This document shows, one piece after another, positions 42,763 through 52,687 of a DNA stretch of 64,000 nucleotides. Under the pieces are notes generated by a model. It was not told where the DNA came from, ran no database searches, and was given only the letters and a program-made list of their open reading frames with translations. The DNA is taken from NCBI GenBank assembly GCA_943788175.1, contig CALSPG010000003.1, forward strand, positions 83,088 to 147,087, written 5' to 3'. The stretch's first letter is position 1. Each line of letters opens with the position of its first letter. This DNA comes from an uncultured bacterium (GTDB lineage Bacteria > Fidelibacterota > Marinisomatia > Marinisomatales > UBA1611). A program made the position numbers and the translations under genes.

Positions 42763-45720
42763 TTGAAGACAATGAAATTTCTTCTATTTTTACTATTCAT
42801 TATTAATATTTGTTTTGCAAATACTGTTTCAATATCAGGAAGTATTTTTAATGACGAAGGCAAACCATCTCGTAAAGCTGAAGTAGAACTTTTAAATATT
42901 TTTGATGAGGTTGTATATGTAGTGAAGACGAATCGAAAAGGAAGATTTGAGATGCTAAACGTCGACCCAGATTACTATTATCTCACTGTGAATCATCCTA
43001 AAGACGGTTCAGTTAGAATCAAAATTAACCCAAGAAAAGAAAGAAATCGTGATCTTATCTTGAGGTTATCTCTTCAAAAAGACAATTCGGATGTATTGAT
43101 TTATACATTTTCTAATGTAAAACCTATTTTAAAAGACCCAGCCCTAAGGATAAAAAGTTTAACATCAAATGTTGATGAAAAGGCAATTACTTTAAATTGG
43201 AAAAAGTCAAAACAGGCAGTTAAATATCAAATTACTCGAAATGGAAATTCTATTGTTGAAACATATGAAAATGCATTTATTGATTCTTCATTATTACCTG
43301 GAGTTAAGTATTGCTATAGAATTACAGCAATAGGCAAATATAATTTGAAAGGCGTAGAAAGCGAACCTTCTTGCAATAGCGCTCTCACAATGGCGCCAAA
43401 AAATATTTCAGGTGCTGTTAATAAAAATAATATAACTTTAAAATGGGATAAGGTTAATGGCGCTCAAAAATACATTGTTAAACGAAATGGCCTCAATATA
43501 GGATTGTCTGACTTAGAGATTTTTAATGATAGTGATTTGGAATATTCTAGAAAATATTTTTACTCTATTACCTCTTTAAGTTCGATTGGAGTTGAAGGGC
43601 TTACATCTGCTCCATTTGAAATAACAACCAGAGCTTATGTTGAGCCACCAGCATTATCATCTATTATTCAGCAAACTTCCATTAAGCTAATCTGGAATGA
43701 AGTAGAACTAGCAGTAAGTTATAACCTATATAGAGATGGTGGATTAATTGGTAATATAATTGAGAATTCTTACGAAGATAATTGTTATCCTGGGGAAACA
43801 CATTGTTATCAAATAACGAGCATTGATAAATACAATGTTGAGAGTGGATTTTCCGGTAAACATTGCTCGAAATTAAATTTAAAATCACCAAGTAGTTTAA
43901 ACGTATTAGGTGGTATTAAATCTAATCGTTTGAGCTGGACAGGAGTTCAAGGCGCATTTGAATATTTGATATTCAAAAGCATTGGAAAAGATTCTACTTT
44001 ATATCTCAATAAAACAAAAAACACTTCTTTCTTGGATAATGATTTAGGATACAATGAAGATCATTGCTATGTTGTTCAAGGATATGACTCTGAAGGTGAT
44101 AAGAGTGGTTTTTCAAATATCGTTTGTGGCACAACAAATAATCCACCACTCTTAAAAATAAAGAATGTCAAGCTCATTGATGATTCTCAAAACAGTATTC
44201 TAGAAGCTGAAGAAAGTGGGAAATTAAGATTTGCTATTATAAATGAAGGAGGCAGTCCGTCAAAAAATATAGAAGTAAAAATTGAAAACCATTCATCTGA
44301 AAATAGTTTTCTACAATATGACTCTTTAAAATTGATTGAGGCAATAAATGTCGATGAAGCTAAATATATTGATTTTATTGTAAAGGCTGATTTAAAAGTA
44401 AAATCGGGTGATCTAAAATTCCAAATAATAGCTTTAGATGAAAATGGTTTTAAAAATGATAAACCATTTGAATTTATTATTAATACAAAAGCGGTTGAGC
44501 AACCGAATATAATTCTAGCGGACTATTCGATTGAAAATAGTTTTGGTACTAACTATATTCCAAAAAATGAAATTGTCAATCTTACACTTAGAATTCAAAA
44601 TGTAGGTTTAGGGCTTACAGAAAAAGTTGATTTTATCCTTATCGAGAACCATACTTTCTCAACAGAAGATTTCACCGGATTAATTCAAATCAAAAAATTG
44701 AAACCTGGAGATTATCAAGACTTAGATATAAGTGTAAAAAGTGAAAAAGACCAGTTCGCCATAAAGTTTAAAACAGTAGATTACCTAGATAATGAAATCG
44801 TTCATCAAGTTGATTTAGAGCTAATGAATCATTATAGATCAAAGGAGAGTTTAATTAGCCAGGAAATTGGTGCTGTAAATAGTAATCCATACCCAATAAA
44901 AGTTGGTGAGGTAGATGTAGAAAAAAATATTCCAATTGGGAAAAGAAATGTTAATAATATGGCCATCATATTAACAATTGATGATTATGAAGATATCGAT
45001 TTAAACATAGCAAAATATTCTGGACGAGATGGTGAAATTTTTAGGCTGTATATGCAAAATTTATTTGGGATGGATGATTATCAGCTTTATCCATCAAAAA
45101 CATGGCAAATGGAGAAAGGACCATCTAAGAGTGACTTTAACAAGGTATTTGACCCACATCAGGGCGTAATACGTAATAGAGTGATATCTTCAAGTAAATA
45201 TTCAGATGTTGATTTTGTAGATATTAGTATTTTTTATTCTGGATTAGGAATTTGGTTAAATAGTAAACCTTATATAATTCCGCAAGATGGTAAAAAAATT
45301 GATCCACTTTCTTACGTAAGTATTGAAGAATTATTAAATAGTTTATCTTTGTTATCGGTTTTGCAAAATATAAAATCTATTACGGTGTACTTAGACGTTA
45401 AATATATCAACTATGTGGAAGCATTGAAAAATTATCAATACCCAGAATTATCAAAAAAAATATCTGTCTTATTATCTTCATCTCCAGGAGAAAATTCTCA
45501 AGAAAGTGATGATATGAAACATAGTATCTTTTCGTATTTTTTATTTAAAGGGCTAAAAGGCGATGCTATGGGAGAAGATAATATTCTTGAACTAGGAGAA
45601 CTCGCAGAATATTTATTTAGAAAAATACCTGATTATTCAGAAAAACTCAATGAAGGCTTTTTACAAAACTCTGAATTTATTGGGTCAGATTTAAAAAGAG
45701 TCTTAATAGATTTAAGATAA
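42763..45720 (+). CDS. Paralogous secreted protein: carboxypeptidase-regulatory-like domain, 4 FN3 repeats, Ig-like domains and an inactive caspase-like domain (ATG 42772 is an alternative start)
   Basis: Shares ADY.IEN.FG..YIPKNE and F..VFDP..G.I with the upstream gene; VDVEKNIP lead-in; FYSGLG and LDVKY at the dyad positions; FSYFLFKGLKGDA. Confidence 0.85.
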   Translation: MKTMKFLLFLLFIINICFANTVSISGSIFNDEGKPSRKAEVELLNIFDEVVYVVKTNRKGRFEMLNVDPDYYYLTVNHPKDGSVRIKINPRKERNRDLILRLSLQKDNSDVLIYTFSNVKPILKDPALRIKSLTSNVDEKAITLNWKKSKQAVKYQITRNGNSIVETYENAFIDSSLLPGVKYCYRITAIGKYNLKGVESEPSCNSALTMAPKNISGAVNKNNITLKWDKVNGAQKYIVKRNGLNIGLSDLEIFNDSDLEYSRKYFYSITSLSSIGVEGLTSAPFEITTRAYVEPPALSSIIQQTSIKLIWNEVELAVSYNLYRDGGLIGNIIENSYEDNCYPGETHCYQITSIDKYNVESGFSGKHCSKLNLKSPSSLNVLGGIKSNRLSWTGVQGAFEYLIFKSIGKDSTLYLNKTKNTSFLDNDLGYNEDHCYVVQGYDSEGDKSGFSNIVCGTTNNPPLLKIKNVKLIDDSQNSILEAEESGKLRFAIINEGGSPSKNIEVKIENHSSENSFLQYDSLKLIEAINVDEAKYIDFIVKADLKVKSGDLKFQIIALDENGFKNDKPFEFIINTKAVEQPNIILADYSIENSFGTNYIPKNEIVNLTLRIQNVGLGLTEKVDFILIENHTFSTEDFTGLIQIKKLKPGDYQDLDISVKSEKDQFAIKFKTVDYLDNEIVHQVDLELMNHYRSKESLISQEIGAVNSNPYPIKVGEVDVEKNIPIGKRNVNNMAIILTIDDYEDIDLNIAKYSGRDGEIFRLYMQNLFGMDDYQLYPSKTWQMEKGPSKSDFNKVFDPHQGVIRNRVISSSKYSDVDFVDISIFYSGLGIWLNSKPYIIPQDGKKIDPLSYVSIEELLNSLSLLSVLQNIKSITVYLDVKYINYVEALKNYQYPELSKKISVLLSSSPGENSQESDDMKHSIFSYFLFKGLKGDAMGEDNILELGELAEYLFRKIPDYSEKLNEGFLQNSEFIGSDLKRVLIDLR

Positions 45721-45783
45721 AATGGTTTCATTACATATAAGATATGTGGACAAGTATATTCTAAAATTTATATATTTATGTAG

Positions 45784-46299
45784 ATGAATAGAGGATTTGC
45801 TATATTTCTCATTGTTTTAGTAGGCTGCGGCTTATTTGGTTGGAGAGAGTATGAACGCCAAATGAGAGAAAAAGTGTACAAGAATAGAATTAAATTAAAA
45901 CTTGCTCAGCAGCAACAAAAACAAGATCAATTGCAAGAATTAGAAGGAATTGAAAAAGAGGAAAAAACAAAATTTAAAGTACAAATTCCTCATGATGGTA
46001 AACCTGAAACAAATACCTACCCAATGATTCTTGATGCCACTAGCTCTTTTGATCCGGATCAAGGTGATCGTATAAGGTATGGGTGGAAACAGCTGAGTGG
46101 TAATAAAATTCGATTAAGACCAAATTCTAGTTCAGGTATTGTATCATTTGAAGGCACGCCTGGAGAGTACACTTTTGAATTAACTGTTTCCGATAATTAT
46201 GGTTTGGCTACAGTTATTACTAAGACAGTTAAGATTGAGAAGGAACCTAATCAAGCTCCAATAGTAGATTTAGAGATTCGTCAAGGAGTCACTGATTAA
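45784..46299 (+). CDS. Membrane-anchored or lipoprotein PKD/Ig-like domain protein
   Basis: N-terminal hydrophobic segment with LVGC lipobox-like motif, charged helix, LDATSSFDPD..Y.W.Q..G, GEYTFELTVSD. Confidence 0.75.
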   Translation: MNRGFAIFLIVLVGCGLFGWREYERQMREKVYKNRIKLKLAQQQQKQDQLQELEGIEKEEKTKFKVQIPHDGKPETNTYPMILDATSSFDPDQGDRIRYGWKQLSGNKIRLRPNSSSGIVSFEGTPGEYTFELTVSDNYGLATVITKTVKIEKEPNQAPIVDLEIRQGVTD

Positions 46300-46367
46300 T
46301 ATTTGCATAATTTTAGCTCAGTAAATCTTTTTAAGCTTAATTGTATTTCTTCATTTAATTTATAATT

Positions 46368-47321
46368 TTGAAAAGCAGTTACTATTCACTTGGTATTGAT
46401 ATTGGAGGTACAAACACCGTGTTTGGTGCTATATCAAACGATGGCCTAATATTAAAGAAAGATTCAATATTAACTAGATCGAGTGAAGATCCCGGTCAAT
46501 TATTTGATAAAATTTTTGAAAAAAATAAGGTATGGAAAAAAGAACTTAATAATAGATATCTTTTTAAAGACATAGGTATTGGTGTTCCTAATGGTAACTA
46601 TTTCACAGGTATGGTCAAAGATCCACCAAACCTAGGTCAGGAATGGCAAAATTTAGATTTAGTTAAGTTTGTAAAAAAATATCAAGATATCCCTGTAAAG
46701 ATTACAAATGATGCAAATGCTGCAGCGATGGGAGAAAAATCTTTTGGAGTTGCAAAAGAAATGAATAATGCTGTAGTTATTACTCTTGGTACTGGTTTAG
46801 GTAGCGGATTAATTATTGACGGTAAGGTGTTTTATGGCCATGATGGTTTTGCTGGGGAATTAGGTCATATTATAATTGACCCAAAAGGTCGTATTTGTGA
46901 ATGTGGAAGGCAAGGATGTTTGGAAATGTATGTTTCTGCAAAGGGGTTAAAATACACGATTGATGACTATTTATCTCGTTTTCCAAACGATAAAACATTA
47001 TTAAATCTGAAAGATAATAATTTTGACGGAAAAAAGATGGATGAATTATTTGATGTTGGAGAAAATATAATTCAAGAAATCTATGAGTTTACGGGTGATA
47101 TACTTGGCCAAGGCCTTGCTCAAGCTTCCACAATTCTTTCTCCGGAAGCATTTATATTTTATGGAGGTTTAAGTAATGCAAAACATCGAATACTTAAATT
47201 TGCAAAACAGTCAATGGATGCTAATCTATTAGGCTTTCAAAAAAATAATATAAAAATACTTTTATCTAAATTACCAGATGGTGAGGCAGGCATAATTGGT
47301 GCTTCGTGCTTACATAAATAA
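46368..47321 (+). CDS. ROK-family sugar kinase (glucokinase-like)
   Basis: GIDIGGT, NDANAAA.GE, TLGTGLGSG, GELGH...C.CG..GCLE. Confidence 0.93.
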   Translation: MKSSYYSLGIDIGGTNTVFGAISNDGLILKKDSILTRSSEDPGQLFDKIFEKNKVWKKELNNRYLFKDIGIGVPNGNYFTGMVKDPPNLGQEWQNLDLVKFVKKYQDIPVKITNDANAAAMGEKSFGVAKEMNNAVVITLGTGLGSGLIIDGKVFYGHDGFAGELGHIIIDPKGRICECGRQGCLEMYVSAKGLKYTIDDYLSRFPNDKTLLNLKDNNFDGKKMDELFDVGENIIQEIYEFTGDILGQGLAQASTILSPEAFIFYGGLSNAKHRILKFAKQSMDANLLGFQKNNIKILLSKLPDGEAGIIGASCLHK

Positions 47322-47344
47322 TTTTTCAAAGAAAATATAACATA

Positions 47345-49702
47345 TTACTGAATATCCCCATTAGGGTCTGTTTTTAAATGTAAGATTTTACTTATTCCAT
47401 TGAAGATAGTTTCCCCAGTAACTATATAACCGTTATCTTTCGTTTGATTAATACTTTTAAAGGTGTCTATGCTTTCATCACCATACAGTTTTTCCCAAAT
47501 TTGATTACCCTGAGCATCATAACAAGCCAACCAACCTTGATAATTATTGTTGTCTAGACTTTTACCAACAATAATATAATTACCCATGTGATTTTCAATC
47601 ATATCTAATGCAAAATTATCGCCAGGTATTAATGTTAAAAAGTTTTGTTCACCATTAGTGTTTGTATTAATTATCCAAGAATTACCATTTTCTTGGTTAT
47701 TATTTTCAGACGAATATCCACAAATAGTATAGCTGCCATCAGATGAATGAATTAATCTTTTTGGATAATCATATGTGTCCAAATTCCAAGTTTTTGTCCA
47801 TACCGTATCACCATTGCTAGAAATATTGGTGTCGAATTGTGATAACAAAATATTTGATGGAGCCAAAGAAGAGGATTGAGCTAATGATGCAAGAATTATA
47901 AAACCATTGTCTACTTTAATTATAGATTTTCCACTTTCTATAGTTCTTTGTGAAGATGGAGCAATTGAAATACTATACTGATTGTCGATATTACCTAATT
48001 CATTAATTTCTAAAATTAATATATCAGGATGTTGTGCATGATATTGCCCAATGATAATATAACCATTTTCAGATGACAATATTATGTCATCAACTCTATC
48101 AAGACCATACGCAACATTCTCTCCAGCTGAATCATACCCAATGATTGAATTCCATAGTTGAGTACCATCTTGCATGGTCTTTGTTATTCTTATATCACTA
48201 TCTTGATTGTTGTTAACAATATTTGATACAAAAACATATCCATTATTATCTTGTGTCTCAATTAATTTTACAGGTGTCTCGTCTTGGCTATAATTATAAG
48301 AGGAAGATGAGGTTACAATTCCATACCTGTTAACACTTGTCAAAATGACATCACTATTATTCTTTGCAATGATTCTATAATCTTCAGTAGTTGTTTGGAT
48401 GCCGTAGAAGCCTGCAATTGGTTCAGCATCAGAACCATAACTTTGTAAAAATGTAAAGTATTTTGGTGTAGCTGAGTGCATATTGCTAAATACCTCATAT
48501 CCCCAATCATCAATTATCGAAACAACAAAGTAATAGGTCGTCTCATAATCATTTTCAATAGAGAAATAGCTTGTATCTTCACTACTATACGAAGTGTAAA
48601 TATCTACTTTATCACTCATGCTAGCATCTAGAGATCTGTAAAGTTTATAGCTATTAAAATCTGATGATTGATAACCTGACCATTTTATTGTGAGCTCATT
48701 ACCAAAAGAGTCGATCGAGTCCAATGAAACTGCTTGTGGTGCAGGTCTAACAGTATTTGACATAAAACCGCCTTTCGTACTCTGATTTAGAGTGTCATAA
48801 ACGATTATTCTAAAATAATTACTTAAATGTGGATCAAAGTCATCGATAGAATAACTAGCTTCAGATTTAATCATGACACTATCAATAAGAGTATTATTTG
48901 AGGTATCATTAATAGCAGAATATAGTTCATATTTTAAAAAATCTGAATCCGGTGATTCATTCCAAGATACATGCATCAATGCTTCATCATATGTTATTGA
49001 TGTGATATTGATTGGTAATGGTTTTGGATCTAAAGAAGATATGAAAACATTACTTTTTGAGGAATAATTAAACGAGTCTGAAACAGTTATATAAAAATAG
49101 TTTAGAATCAAAGGATTTACATCTTCTAAAAAATAAGTTATACTTTTTACATCGTTGGAACTAAAGATAAGTGAATAGTTATTTTCGTTTTCTAATGTTG
49201 AATGATAAAGGTCATATTGATAAAAATCTGTAGCATTTGATTCTTCCCAAGAAATATCAAAACCTGCATTATTAAAAACTACAGATTCAATTTCAATTGT
49301 ATCTGGAACAGATAAAGTATTATCAATGGTATAGTCTATTGGGGGACTCTCAGTACAATTATCATCACAATCGCAAATGCTTACTGATAATGAGACTGGT
49401 CCGTCAGGAAGCTCATTTGTATTCAAGCTTATTTTAACTGGCTCATTGTTGATATTTCCTAATATCTCGCTTAATGGTATATCTATTTTGAGATCATTAA
49501 TATTGATTTCAACGCCACATATACCATCTGGGTCACTAGCATCAATACCTAATGTTACAATTTCGTTGCATGTCGCCCCATCCTGGGGGAAAGTTATTAC
49601 TCAGTAACCTGGCTTATCTTCAACGCGCCATTTACAAGAATGCAAGAATGTTGTAGCGAGTATTAATAAACTTAGTTTAATTATTTGAATTTTTAACATC
49701 AT
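47345..49702 (-). CDS. Predicted 785-aa lipoprotein (Ig-like, 3 FN3-like, beta-propeller) with in-frame TGA at codon 34 (49601-49603); Sec candidate or point error
   Basis: ATG 49702 gives MMLKIQIIKLSLLILATTFLHSC (lipobox-like) KWRVEDKPGY*VITFPQDGATC..., in frame with the 693-aa track ORF and with no other stop. Confidence 0.8.
49573..49600 (-). promoter_or_regulatory. Candidate bacterial SECIS hairpin
   Basis: mRNA UGA-GUAAUAACUUUC-CCCCA-GGA-UGGGG: 5-bp GC-rich stem with a G-starting loop 17 nt after UGA. Confidence 0.4.
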
Positions 49703-49707
49703 ACTAT

Positions 49708-51108
49708 TTATTTAAATATTTTATTCACTTGGAAACCAAATCGTAATTTTTGATCATTATCTAAAATACCAATATCCTCTGCAAGTGCTGTTCTATTTAG
49801 ATGATATAAATTTGAAACAGATAAATCAATTTCTATTGAATTGATAGAATACTGAATTCCCGTTTTAAAGCCAGTTTTAACTGCAGATGAAATTTCATTT
49901 TGTGTTATTTGGTTCGATAAATTAGCATAAAACTGAACATGATTTTTATAAAACCAATGCAACCCTGATTGGGCAAACCAAACATCCCAGGGGTAGCCTT
50001 TAGGCTTTAATTTTGTATCAACTAGATTTATATGAATGAAAGTAGGAGCTAATGAAAATATTATGTTTTGTTTGAGTTTATATTCAAAAATAATTTGATT
50101 TAAAAAACTGAGTTTATCGTAGTCATCAAAAATTACAGGTTTGCCAGGATGCGTGCTTATTATGGATTCATAAACAATATTTATCGGATAATTTAAATTT
50201 TTAATTAATCTGTTTAAATAATTTGTTCTAAAAGAAAAATCAGATGTGTTTAAAAAATTGGTTTTTGAAATTTCAATAGTTAAAAAGTCTTTGATACCAT
50301 ACCCTAGGGTAAGTCTAGATTGCTGACTAATTGTTGAACCGAATCTATTTTCTAGTTGAAGTTTAATGGCACCCTCGGGCAAAAGTAGTTTGGAATTTGT
50401 ATCAAGCTGTCGAATCTTTTTATTATCACCGGTCCTCTTTTTTGTCCTTTTTACTTTATATAAAGCTGATATATTGAAAGTGTTATTTTTATAATTAAGA
50501 GAGTCCATCAATGTTTTTTTCACATCTGCCATCCCTAAAAAGCAAGAGGCTCTGAATCCAAAATTATTATTTAGCATATATTCTGCGCCAATGTGGAGAC
50601 CAACATCTACATCAAAATCTTTAGGCTTAAGCTTAAGTTCATCTGACTGGCTGCTGTTATAATCTGTAAACTTTAACTTTGTAAGTGAAATTCCTCCAAG
50701 GGAGCTACCAAATTGTAAACCCATAAAAGAATTAATTTTACTACTGTGTGATATTGGGTAGTAAATATGAGTAGATAAGTAATTAAAAACCTCATAGCCG
50801 TCAATATTAATTTTGTAATCTACACCACCAATATTAACTAGTGTATTGTCCTCTAATTTAGAACCTCTTTGAAGGTAACTAACGCCAGCAATAAATCGAC
50901 TGATTGGATATTCAAAGCCAATGTTAAATCCATTTCGGGAGCTTATATTAATACGATTATTAATGGTATTATCATTGTATTGAATTTTTGAAGAATTAAC
51001 CCCACCAAAAATTGTCAATTTGCTTTGTGCGTAAATAGAGGATACTAAAAGAATTGTTATAATATTTGATTTTACTAGACTGAAAAAAAGGGTGAATAGT
51101 TTTATCAT
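49708..51108 (-). CDS. Outer-membrane protein: PorT/OMP_b-brl_2-like barrel fused to a DUF5777-like barrel
   Basis: Signal peptide; GG.N.S, GFNIG, Y.QRG, KNNTFNIS; then ENRFG, RL.L.YGI.D.L.I, L.PTFIH.NLV, LRFGFQV. Confidence 0.65.
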   Translation of the reverse strand: MIKLFTLFFSLVKSNIITILLVSSIYAQSKLTIFGGVNSSKIQYNDNTINNRINISSRNGFNIGFEYPISRFIAGVSYLQRGSKLEDNTLVNIGGVDYKINIDGYEVFNYLSTHIYYPISHSSKINSFMGLQFGSSLGGISLTKLKFTDYNSSQSDELKLKPKDFDVDVGLHIGAEYMLNNNFGFRASCFLGMADVKKTLMDSLNYKNNTFNISALYKVKRTKKRTGDNKKIRQLDTNSKLLLPEGAIKLQLENRFGSTISQQSRLTLGYGIKDFLTIEISKTNFLNTSDFSFRTNYLNRLIKNLNYPINIVYESIISTHPGKPVIFDDYDKLSFLNQIIFEYKLKQNIIFSLAPTFIHINLVDTKLKPKGYPWDVWFAQSGLHWFYKNHVQFYANLSNQITQNEISSAVKTGFKTGIQYSINSIEIDLSVSNLYHLNRTALAEDIGILDNDQKLRFGFQVNKIFK

Positions 51109-51131
51109 AGTTTTTAGTAAGATTGTTAATG

Positions 51132-51205
51132 TAGCGGAGGAGGGATTCGAACCCCCGACACCCGGATTATGATTCCGATGCTCTAACCAACTGAGCTACT
51201 CCGCC
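51132..51205 (-). tRNA. tRNA-Met (CAT), elongator type; 3' CCA not encoded
   Basis: Reverse complement GGCGGAGTAGCTCAGTTGGTTAGAGCATCGGAATCATAATCCGGGTGTCGGGGGTTCGAATCCCTCCTCCGCTA; lacks the initiator C1:A72 pair and GGG/CCC stem. Confidence 0.93.
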
Positions 51206-51327
51206 ATTAAAGCACTAAGTATTGTCTATTAAATTAATTATCTATAATTAAAAAAACTAATGATAGAAAAACAAAAAAATTGATTATTTGAAGCCATAAA
51301 TACATAGTATATTTTATAATATTTTAG

Positions 51328-52683
<1,356 letters not shown>

Positions 52684-52687
52684 ATTT

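Noticed and set aside
49601-49603. Genome-wide UGA recoding to Trp or Gly
   Set aside because: TGA ends fusA, rpmD, rplX and others at expected positions; Trp uses TGG and tRNA-Trp has a CCA anticodon
49377-49607. 76-aa plus-strand ORF
   Set aside because: Antisense shadow of the extended N-terminus of the minus-strand lipoprotein
47322-51205. Genomic island integrated at tRNA-Met
   Set aside because: No integrase and no duplicated tRNA 3' end (att site) seen
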